NCBI GenBank assembly: GCA_951406725.2
Contig: OX597827.1
Coordinates: forward strand, 82,646,001 to 82,710,000
Length of the DNA stretch: 64,000 nucleotides
Direction: 5' to 3'
Source of the DNA: Octopus vulgaris
Lineage: Eukaryota
The position numbers and the translations under genes were made by a program. Below, piece after piece: positions 53,602 to 64,000 of this stretch; the first letter of the stretch is position 1; each line of letters begins with the position of its first letter. Below the pieces are notes generated by a model, which was given only the letters and a program-made list of their open reading frames with translations, was not told the DNA's origin and made no database searches.

Positions 53602-54212
53602 ACTTAAGACTGTTTCCATACTTTAGCTAAAAACAATGTCACCTCTGCATAACGGTGTTCTTGGTTACACCTGCGGTAAAGATATTTCCAGGTGTTGAGT
53701 GGTTGATCAGGTGAAAGACTAGGAGTTCTTTAAGTAACGTAGTTGGAAAGAAGTAAGGGTTGGTGGAAAAAGGGCATCCAGTCAAAGAATACTGACTTGG
53801 CAAGTTCCAGACAGTTCTTGCCTGCATAGAAAAGCTAACAAAAAACAACAACATACACACATATGTGTGTGTGTATGTATTTATATATATGTATGTGTGT
53901 GCGCATATGTGTGGATTTGTAAATACAATGTGAAGTTAGAAAAAAATGGTAGATTTTGTTGCAAGACACGGAGAGAAATAGAGAAATAGGTGAACTGAGT
54001 GAGAAAGTGAGAGGAGAAAGCGAGGGAGGAAGAAAGAAGGATGGATGTTGGTCAGGGGGAGAAGAGTTAAGGAACTAAGATCAAATCTTTGATGGAGAAA
54101 GAGAGACAAGGTGAAAACAATAACAAGAGCAATGAGCACCAAAAGAACATTGGCAAAATGGCATCAGCACCATTAGATGCAGTGACAAATGCAAGAATAA
54201 TGAGTATAACAG

Positions 54213-54247
<35 letters not shown>

Positions 54248-54295
54248 AGCCCAATAAATTAAGAAAACTGTTAGGAAAAAATATACACACACATA

Positions 54296-54328
<33 letters not shown>

Positions 54329-55662
54329 ATACACATACATATTTAGAGAGATAGGTAGATAGATAGATATACAGAGAAAGAGAGAGAGAGAGATGTAGAG
54401 AGTGAGATATGATGAAGATACGGGTAGATGGGTGGTAGAGACTGATAAAAAATGAAGAGACAGGTAAACGGGTGTGTAGACAGGCAGATAGTGATACCTA
54501 ACAAAGAGGCAGGTAGATAGATAGAAAGGTAGAGAGTGATATATGATGAAAAGACAGGTAGACAGATGTAGAGAGGGAGAGAGAGAGAGAGAGAGAGGTA
54601 GAGAATGGAATGAGACAGACATTGAAAGTGATGGCAGAGTGAGAAATAATGAACAGTCAGGTAGACAGGTAGATGGAAAGAGGTAGAGAATGACATAATG
54701 AACAACCAGGTAAAGAATGACAATCGTCAGGTAGATATGTAGAGTGGAGGGAACGAAGGTGTGGCGAGGGGTGAAATTATCATGAGGGGAGTAATTAAAT
54801 AGGGATTTTTCATTGAAAATCCTTTCCAAAGTTCAAAGAATTTCATTACAATATGTTTCCTTTGATTTCTTGTTGTCTTTTAGTAATTCTTTATTGAAGT
54901 TTTTTATCAGTTTCCACTAAAGACGGACATTTTTTTTTGTATGGGGGGAGGAAGTCGGCAGGGTGGGGGAGGAAGTTTGTTTTAAGCTGTTTCTTTCTGT
55001 TTCCCCCCCTCACAGCCAGAAAGCTGGCTTGTTTTGAAGTTTATCGATTTTGTGTGTATATGTGTATATATATGTATATACACGTGTGTTGTATGTATGT
55101 ATACATCAGCATGTGTGTATGTATGGGGGAGCATCTAAGTGTGTGCTGGTGTTTGTGTCTGTGTTTGTGAAGTGTCTCAGTATCTGTTTCTGTGTTAGCA
55201 TCTGTGTGTGTGTGTGTGTGCGTGTAATAGTAAGTACATTTGCATACACACGCAGCCTGCCTATGTGTGTGTCTATGTGTGTGTCTATGTGTGTGTCTAT
55301 GTGTGTGTAGATAGTGTGTGTCAATGAGTGTTGTTCTATGCAAGTATCTTTTGTAGGTATGTGTTTATGTATTTATGTATATGTGTATAACTATGTATGT
55401 GTATAAGTGTAAATGTGTATAAGTATATATATGTATGTGTTGTATATGATGTACGTGTTTATGTTTGAAGAGGCAGACCATTCCCACATGGATTCACCAT
55501 GACATAATTACACTCACACACACATACACACACACACACACATATACACAGCCTTATCGCATTCAGGTGTTCGTGTCTTTGTACACCTATACATAAACAC
55601 ATATTTACACAAAATCTCACACAATTACACACAGCTCACTAAACATATAAAGTGAATTATGT

Positions 55663-55935
55663 ATCATCATCATCATCATCATCATCATCATCGTTTAATG
55701 TCTGCTTTCCATGCTGGTATGGGTTGGATGGTTTGACTGAAAACTGGTAAGCCGGTAGGGGGTGGGGGGCTGCACCAGGTTCCAGTCTGATTTAGCAAGG
55801 TTTCTATGGTTGGATGCTCTTCCTAACACCAACCACTCCGAGAGTGCAGTGGGTGCTTTTTACATGCCACCAGCACGGGTACCATTGACCTGACACCAGC
55901 ATCAGCCATGACTACTGTCACACTTGGCTTGACAT
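55663..55935 (-). mobile_element. Family C repeat
   Basis: Family core and (CAT)n. Confidence 0.8.
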
Positions 55936-55967
55936 GAGATTCAATGCTCGAATATATGTATGTATGT

Positions 55968-56344
55968 TCTAGATGTTGGACCCAGCGTTGCTTGTGTTTT
56001 CTGTGTTGAAGTTAAGCTCACCTCTGACCTTGTACTGAATAAGCATTTCCTTAAAGATTATTCTAATGATGTTGTTGAAATTTTGCATGTGAAAAAAGGC
56101 AAAAGCTGCTGGAAAAATAACATCATTATGGGAATTTCCATTCAGACACCCGATTGAGCTCACAAAAATCGATGCCAACTAAGCATTATCGAGTTTTCAA
56201 AAAAAGTCCAGCGTATTTGAACTTCTGGGCATGTGATCTACCTATGTGCCAAAAATCATTAAAATCATTTCAACGGTGTGGAAGGAGTTAGAGTAACCCC
56301 AAACACACACAGACAGACACCATTACACATTTATCTATATAGAT
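55968..56344 (-). mobile_element. Non-autonomous Helitron-like element
   Basis: Minus strand starts A|TCTATATAGATAAATG, carries (GTCT)/(GT) repeats near the 5' end, ends GCAACGCTGGGTCCAACATCTAG (CTAG terminus). Confidence 0.6.
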
Positions 56345-56867
56345 GTATGTATTGCAATCTGTTTCATATCCTTCCAAAGTCACTGGTGCCCTTCATTCTT
56401 TTGGGGCTGATAAAATGTCAGCCCTGTCATAGCAGTAATACCCTTTCTCCCACTAGCTGTCAGGCACTTGATGTTCCACAGGGACACAATAGTTTCTTGG
56501 GGGCCAAAAGGGTGGTTGGGTGCCTTGCAACTGCAACATGAGGCTGTTACTGAATGCATGGTGCATGCTCATATCAAGCCTTCTGTTTTTGCAAGTGATA
56601 GTTGCAATCTGTGTGTGCATGTGTGTGTGTGTGTGGAGAGAGAGAGAGAAAGAAAGACTGAGAGAGAGGGGGAGAGGTTGGTGAATATGTGTGCTTTCAA
56701 ATGAAGAAATAGGTACTCAACACATGAGATAGAGTATATAAATTTGATGAGCAGTGGAAGAGTCTTGAATCTTGACTTCAGTATCAGATGTTTCAAATAT
56801 TGACTGTGAGAAAATCATATTGGCAATTAAAGAAACTTCACCCACTTACAAAGGATATATATATATA

Positions 56868-57065
56868 TCCTTTGTCCGGCCTTCGCCATGATAGATCACT
56901 AGCCACTACACATTCTTTATTTTCTCTCCTTGTTTCTTTCTGTGGAAGAGCATTGGCTCAAAACATTAAAGATTTTTTCACTTCCCAACCATTATACTAA
57001 TACATCTGTTTGTTGTCTACACCACCTGTCTTCATCTTTTGGGGTTTTTTTTGTGAATTCTCCCC
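56868..57065 (+). mobile_element. Short (TA)n-embedded element with degenerate hammerhead-like core
   Basis: CTGTGGA-A-GAGC-ATTG-GCTC-AAAAC at 56940-56964; homologous to 3599-3748. Confidence 0.55.
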
Positions 57066-57067
57066 TA

Positions 57068-57103
<36 letters not shown>

Positions 57104-57121
57104 TGTATGTATGTATGTATG

Positions 57122-57188
<67 letters not shown>

Positions 57189-57442
57189 ATGTGTATATAT
57201 GAGGGGGGCCGGTGTGCATTGATGCCATTGAGAGGTAGGCCCCGAAACGGCGTGCATTCTCTCCTGATGACCCCATACACTTGCTAGCTTCCGGTATACG
57301 GAGCTTTTAACTGGTAGCACTTGCATGTGCAAGTTGTTTGCAAGACATCACATATATATATATATATACATATGTATATATATATATATATATCAAGAGA
57401 TATATATATATATATATATACTATATATATATATGATCTATT

Positions 57443-57473
<31 letters not shown>

Positions 57474-57627
57474 GGCAAACGAAAGACGGAAGATGGAATG
57501 TACGAGAATTTATTATTAATCATGGCAATTGTTTCGACATATCTAGCATCGATTCCTCAATAGCAATGACTGTGAAAGGGACCTTGCTTTACCAGCAAGC
57601 TACCAGGTGTAAACCATTCGTTAAAAT

Positions 57628-57934
57628 GTTAAAAGCACCATTCGAGTGTGGTCATTGCCAATGCCACTGGACTGGCTCCTGTACAGGTGGCACGTAAAAA
57701 GTACCATTTGAGTGTGGCCGATGTCAGTATCGCCTGACTGGTCCTCATGCTGGTGGCATGTAAAAGCACCCATTACACTCACAGAGTGATTGACATTAGG
57801 AAGGGCATCAAGCTGTAGAAACTTTGCCAGATCAGATTGGAGCATGGTGCAGCCATCTGGTTTGCCAGTCCTCAGTCAAACCATCCAACCCATGCCAGCA
57901 TGGAAAGCAGACGTTAAACAATGATGATGATGAT
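57628..57934 (+). mobile_element. Family C repeat
   Basis: GTGGCACGTAAAAAG repeats, family core, (GAT)n tail. Confidence 0.85.
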
Positions 57935-59129
57935 GTACATATATACATACATATATATATGCATGCAAACGCATACACACACACACACACACAATTATAT
58001 ATACATATATATATACATATGTATATAGATAGATAGATAGATAGATAGATAAACAGACAGACAGACAGATATAGATAGATAGATAGATAGATAGGTAGAT
58101 AGATATACTGCTAGACATATGTATATGCACACACACACGCACACGCATACAAATATACAGAGACAGAGATATACACACAACTACATGATTTCATAGCAAT
58201 CTTAGCTCAAGAAAATATCAATGTTGAACCAACAAGAGAGGAAATATTCACACAGATGCATATTCCCATGTACACACAGGCAAACCATGAAGACAGGCTC
58301 ATACATCCACACACATATATATATAAAGAGAGAAATACATGCATGTACACCCAGATGCATATAGGCGAGTGTGTGTGCGTGTGTGTGTGTGTGTGTGCGT
58401 GTACACGTGAATATGTAATCGATCATCATATAAATTGTCAGTCATATTCAGACTATATTTTTGGCTTGGTTTCAGCTGAGAACTTGGTACAGACTCTTAC
58501 TGAAATCTCTGCATTGTGGAACAGAAACATCATAGAATATGCACACACATATAAAGACATACATACATATGCAGAAATACACACACACACACACACACAC
58601 ATACGCACATACGTATGCACACATGCATACACATACGTACACAGATACACATATACATGCAAGCCCCTTCCATTCCTATTCCTCTGCTGCAGGATTCTGT
58701 CTAAACTTCCACACAACAGGACGGTTTGGTTTAGTATTTTTCATAGTACGGGGCCAGGTGTGGTGTGCATGTCATGCTCCCCCTCTCTACATCTCTCTCT
58801 CTCTCTCTCTCTTCACACACGCACACACATACATGTAAACACATATATAGACACATGCGCCAAACACATGTATAAACACACACACACGCATGTATACATT
58901 GATATACACACACACACATACACATAATGTATACCTACACACCTACACACACACACACAGCACACACACATAAACATATATTTATATATACTCATGCATA
59001 CACGCACACATATACATATATACACACACACCAGACACGCATAAACATATATTTATATAGATACAATCATACGTACGTAGATACATACATACATACATAC
59101 ATACATACGTACGTACATACATACATATA

Positions 59130-59166
<37 letters not shown>

Positions 59167-59688
59167 GCGTATACTCACACATACATATACATATACATAT
59201 ATATATTCACACACACACATACATGCACACGTACACCACACACACATAAACACATATATTTATATAGATACAATCATACATACATACATATATAATATTT
59301 ATATATGTATGTATGTATGTATGTATATATATACTCACACACACAGCCAGGCGTAGACCCCTAACAAGCTATTTACACACTGCTGTTTGCCAATGTTCTG
59401 GCTGTGTTTTACAGCTGTTGTTGACTTCAATGCCGAGACGTTTCAATGAGAAATGCTGTTACACATAATGTTTACTTGGACACACGGACACACACATGGA
59501 GGAGGGGAAACACAATATCACACATGGACAAAGAATACCAATTAAAAAAATAAAAGTAAATGAAAACCAAATCAATGGAGTCGTTAATGAATGGTGCAGT
59601 CATTATCACCAATCGGAGGGAATCTCATTGGAGTTTTCACTGTACTTTGCAAAATCTGGATGAAATGTCAAAAAACATATCATCACAG

Positions 59689-59689
<1 letters not shown>

Positions 59690-59744
<55 letters not shown>

Positions 59745-60172
59745 CCTCTTTCTCTCCTTCGCTTTCCCTCTCTTTCTCCCTCTCCCCCTCTCTCTACTAA
59801 TTAATTATCATTGTTGTTGTTCTTCTTATCATTACAATTGTTGTGGTTGTACTTATTATTCTACTAAAGGCTGTAGTTCTTGTTCTCCTTTTTCTTCTTT
59901 TCATTCTTCACTTCTTTTTCTTCCTCTTCTTTTTCTTCTTCTCTGTCCTCTTCTTCTTCTCCTCCTTCTTCCCTCCTTCCCTCCTCCCCCTTCTTCTTCT
60001 CCTCTTCCTCTTCCTCCTTCTTCTCCTCCTCCTCCTTCTCCTCCTCCTCCTCCTCCTTCCCCTCATCCTCCCCTTCTTCTTCTTCTTCTTCTTCTTCTTC
60101 TTCTTCTTCTTCTTCTTCTTCTTCTTCTTCTTCTTCTTCTTCTTCTTCTTCTTCTTCTTCTTCTTCTTCTTC
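59690..60172. repeat. (CT)n, (CCT)n and (CTT)n polypyrimidine tracts
   Basis: Directly visible. Confidence 0.95.
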
Positions 60173-60656
60173 ATGTTCTGGTTATTGCTGTATTCAATAT
60201 TCTCTTATTCAGTTTTATTCAGTTCATTTACATAGTTTTTGTTGTTGCTGTTGTTGTATTTGTTATTATTGTTGTTTTTACCATTTTTACCCTTTAGTCA
60301 GTTGAGGGGAAGAACATACCTATTACCCTTCATTTTTATAGAGCCTCTGAGACTAAGTGGTGGTGGGGGGACCTAGTCTAAATATTTTCCCCAGAGTGGG
60401 GGTGGGGGTGGCAGCAGTGACAATGGTGGTGGTGGTGGTGGTACACCAAATGACAGATGAAGTCAGCCAATTAAGAAGTCAGGATTGTAACAAATACCAC
60501 AAGGTATCTCTGACAATTCCATTCATCCATCACCCTGGGCCAGTTCTTTATTTTATCGATCACAAAAGGATGAAAGGCAAAGTTCACCTTGGCAGGACAA
60601 AACAGCACAAGGTATTTACTCCTGTCATTTAACAGCTCTCATCTTGTGAAAGGAGG

Positions 60657-60808
60657 TTGTTGTGGTGGTAGTAGTGGTGGTAGTAGTTGTGGTAGTAGTT
60701 GTGGTAGTAGTTGTGGTAGTAGTTGTGGTAGTAGTTGTGGTAGTAGTTGTGGTAGTAGTTGTGGTAGTAGTTGTGGTTGTGGTGGTTGTGGTAGTAGTTG
60801 TGGTTGTG
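60657..60808. repeat. 12-bp tandem repeat (GTAGTAGTTGTG)n
   Basis: Directly visible. Confidence 0.95.
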
Positions 60809-61210
60809 AATGTTTTCTGATAAATAAACAACATATTTAGATTTCCAAGGAGAAATACCGTTTTCAAGCAAAGAACCTTTCCAGATTTTTTCCATGTTAA
60901 TTCTTAAAAAGCTTTCTTATTAAATGTTCAAACATGTTCACCAAACCTTGCAAAGATAAGGAAACTCTAATAATTTATTTAAAATTCAACACAACTCAGA
61001 ATTCTCATTATGATTCTCTCTCAAAGAGGAGGACAGGCTTTTTCTTCTTCTTTTATTTTTTGTCTTTTTGTTGCTGTTGTTTACATTCTTTTCCTTTCTT
61101 TCTTAATTCATAGTTTTCCAAGCAGAATAACCTTCAAAGTCTTGAATCACTAGATTCATATTTTCACTTTCTTCATATTTTCCACCTCCTCATCATCATC
61201 ATCATCGTCG

Positions 61211-61246
<36 letters not shown>

Positions 61247-61319
61247 CCACCACCACCACCACCACCGACACCACCACCATCATCATCATCATCATCATCA
61301 CCACCAGTATCATTATTTT

Positions 61320-62200
61320 ACATCCATTTTCCCAAATGCACCAGGTCTTCCCCAGTGAAGCATTTCTCTAAATATTATCATTGCTCATCCTCTCTTTTGT
61401 GACACTTCACCCATTTCATCGCATGTCTTCCTCAGGTTTCCTCTTTTGCTTGGGTCACTTGATATATCTTTACCCAGCTGTCACCACCCACTCACATCAC
61501 AAATTTCTCTTCTCCCTCATTTCCCTGGTGCCCAGTTTCCTTTTCAGGACATTTCTGCTCTGTTTTCCATCCCCACTGACATAACACGTTCATTCAGTCA
61601 ATCTTCATCTCACAACTTCCATGTTCAAGATGACCCCCTTTCTTGCCAGAGCAGGTAATGGCTCTCTGAACTTTTTCTTCCTCGTTCTTGATCCGCATTC
61701 CACAGTCCTACTTCCTGTGCTGATTTGGTCACCTATGTAGCACAGACCAGACTTCTTCGACAAGGGGAAGGAAACCTTTTGGGGACATAGAAAAGAATCC
61801 TTACCAAGTGTGACCTGATACTTGCTCCTGGTCAGCATCAAAAACTAAGGCCTTTCTCCTGCCACTCATCTATACTTTACAATGGTTTCACAGAAAAGAG
61901 AGTCTACCAACATATTTGCATATCAAACACGACCCCTTCCCAGATGACAAAGGAGTTTTGTATCCTTTCTGCTAACTTAAGTTGTTTGTTTTTATGACTC
62001 TTTGATTCTGGACTCTACTTCCAAGTTTAGAAATTCTCTTCCTAATTCTTTCACTCAGCAATGAGAACCATAGCATTGACACACAGGGGATCCTACTGAC
62101 AGACTCTTGTTCCCTCCTCTTTTATGAGCTGAAGAACAATAATTAAGAGGGAAGGGCTGAGACCACAGCCCTGATGGATACCTACTAGCATATTTGCATA
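61320..62200 (-). mobile_element. Old RTE LINE reverse-transcriptase/C-terminal remnant
   Basis: VGIHQGCGLSPSLLIIVLQ..MVLIAE (cf. GVHQGSVLSPLLF..YADD), CYIGDQIS..KKFREPLPALARKG, RGNLRKT; adjacent (CAT)n tract on the + strand. Confidence 0.75.
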
Positions 62201-63721
62201 CTGAACTTGTTTTATTTAGGTTTAGATTTACCTTATATAGATACTTTTACCTTATATGGATACTTTCCTTGATTTGAGATTTTTTACCACAAATGTTTTT
62301 TTAAAAAATAAGACTTGTCTTATCTTATATTTCACTAAGATTCCTTGAGAATCTTAGCTTGGAACTAGCCTATCACACAAACCATATGTATTTGTAGTAT
62401 ACAATATTGTAACCGTAATGTTTCATGTTTAGAAATGAATTTGCCAAAGATTTTATGAAAATATTCAGTTTTACTTTTTGAATTTCTCTAAAGAAGTAAA
62501 AGTCATTAAAATCAACAGAAAAACTGAAGTCTGTTCATGGTTGTATTGACAAGACTAGCACCGAATAATGGTTTGTTCTATTTTTGTTACATTGTGTGTT
62601 GTTTTGGAAATTATTATCAATATAATCATAAAATGAAGCATTGAGAGGGAGGCAGTCTGTTATCACTCAGTGCTGATTTCTCACTCAGCAGCGTTCCTTG
62701 CCTACTTCATTTCAACTGGAATTGTGCGCAAGCAAGCGGTAAATCACACATCTCTGAACTATGCTGCTCAAAAATCAATTATATACTAAGAGATTTTTGT
62801 ACAAACAGGACTTGTCTAAAAAAACAATGGCCTGGTCTATTCAGAATAGTGATTTTTAATCCTGCAACTAAAAGAAAACAAGATGAAAACAAAAAATGTT
62901 TTTTAAAAAATCAATTGCCAGTTTTTGTTGCTTTTGTTTTTGTTGTTGTTTTTGTAATAGGATTACCATGGGTTTTTATTATTAAAATGAAGGTCGTTGA
63001 CGAGTTGAAGCTGTCTGATTAAAACAGTGAAATTAAAATACAGACTCTTCATACATATTAAATAGATTGCTTTGCCTTGTTTCTTGTTTGTTTCTTTTAA
63101 TTATTGTTGTTGTTATTGTTTTCATAACAACCAGAATCTTCTCTACGTGCAAGTAGAGAATTATTCAAATGCATAAACAAAAACAACACAAAACAAAAAG
63201 AAAAAGAAAAAGAAAGAAGAGATCTGTCCTACATTTTATCTGGAGACAGATTCTTGCGTTGGCAAGATGGTAAGATTCCTCTTCATCCTGAGAGTTTGCT
63301 TCACATTTTGTTTGTTCACGCTTGATTACATTTGCCAGGATTACTTCAGTATAAACCTATTTCTGCTTGACATACGGTTCTTCCTCCACAGCAAACAGGG
63401 CGAGAACACATTCAGCCTGGCTGTTTACAAATCTCAATAGTCTCAGATTGTTTGAGTAAATTATGTTTTACAGCTGGGTGCTCTTCCGACTGGAAGCCAC
63501 TCAGAGGTAAAGTGATAGTGGTAGCTGTTGACAGACAGGCTGACTGAGCCAATTATAATATTGATTTTAAATTCAAGCACAAGGCCAGCAAAGCCATTTC
63601 AGATGATGAGGGGGGGTAAGTCAATTATGTCGACCCCTGTGCTCAACTGGTTTTTATTTTATCAACCCTGAAATGTTAAAAGGCAAAAATCAATCTCAGC
63701 AAAATTTGACCTCTTAACATA

Positions 63722-63875
63722 GGGAGCTTGCTTACCAACCACATGGTTCCAGGTTCAGTCCCACTGCGTGGCACATTGGGCAAGTGTCTTCTTCTATAAC
63801 CTTGAGAAAACCAAAACCTTGTGAGTGGATTTGAAAGATGGAAACTGAAAGAAGCCTGACGTATATATGTATATG

Positions 63876-63910
<35 letters not shown>

Positions 63911-64000
63911 TTGTATGTCTGTGTTTGTCCCCCCAACATCGCTTGACAACCGATGCTGGTGTGTTTACATCCCTGTAACTTAGCAGTTACGATAGAATAA
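63722..64000 (+). mobile_element. SINE family A (runs off window end)
   Basis: AGCTTGCTTACCAACCACATGGTTCCAGGTTCAGTCCCACTGCGTGGCAC..GGGCAAGTGTCTT. Confidence 0.9.

Noticed and set aside
60589-60840. Cys/Gly/Ser-rich keratin-associated or metallothionein-like ORF (GSSC repeats)
   Set aside because: Product of a perfect 12-bp tandem repeat with no codon variation, starting inside a SINE remnant

Overview
AT-rich, microsatellite-saturated eukaryotic DNA. The repeat families (tRNA-headed SINEs, RTE LINEs with (GAT)n tails, dense TA/CA/CAT tracts) look like a coleoid cephalopod, most likely Octopus; this is recognition from repeat content, not a database result. No host protein-coding gene can be confidently called, and almost all ORFs in the track are translations of simple repeats. 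The window reads as intronic or intergenic and is packed with decayed mobile elements: a full-length but dead IR/DR-type Tc1 (DD34E) inside a 36-bp minisatellite, an inverted pair of internally deleted DD37D (maT-like) elements, several Penelope-like (GIY-YIG/RT) remnants, RTE, R4/Dong and CR1-like LINE fragments, Helitron/Helentron-type non-autonomous elements and many SINEs. The most notable observation is a Penelope-like 3' end in which a tRNA-like Pol III unit lies directly upstream of a minimal hammerhead ribozyme, alongside short hammerhead-like elements embedded in (TA)n tracts. Other points of interest are an RTE C-terminus with three intact C2H2 fingers, several long inverted repeats that could form dsRNA, and a few weak candidate exons.
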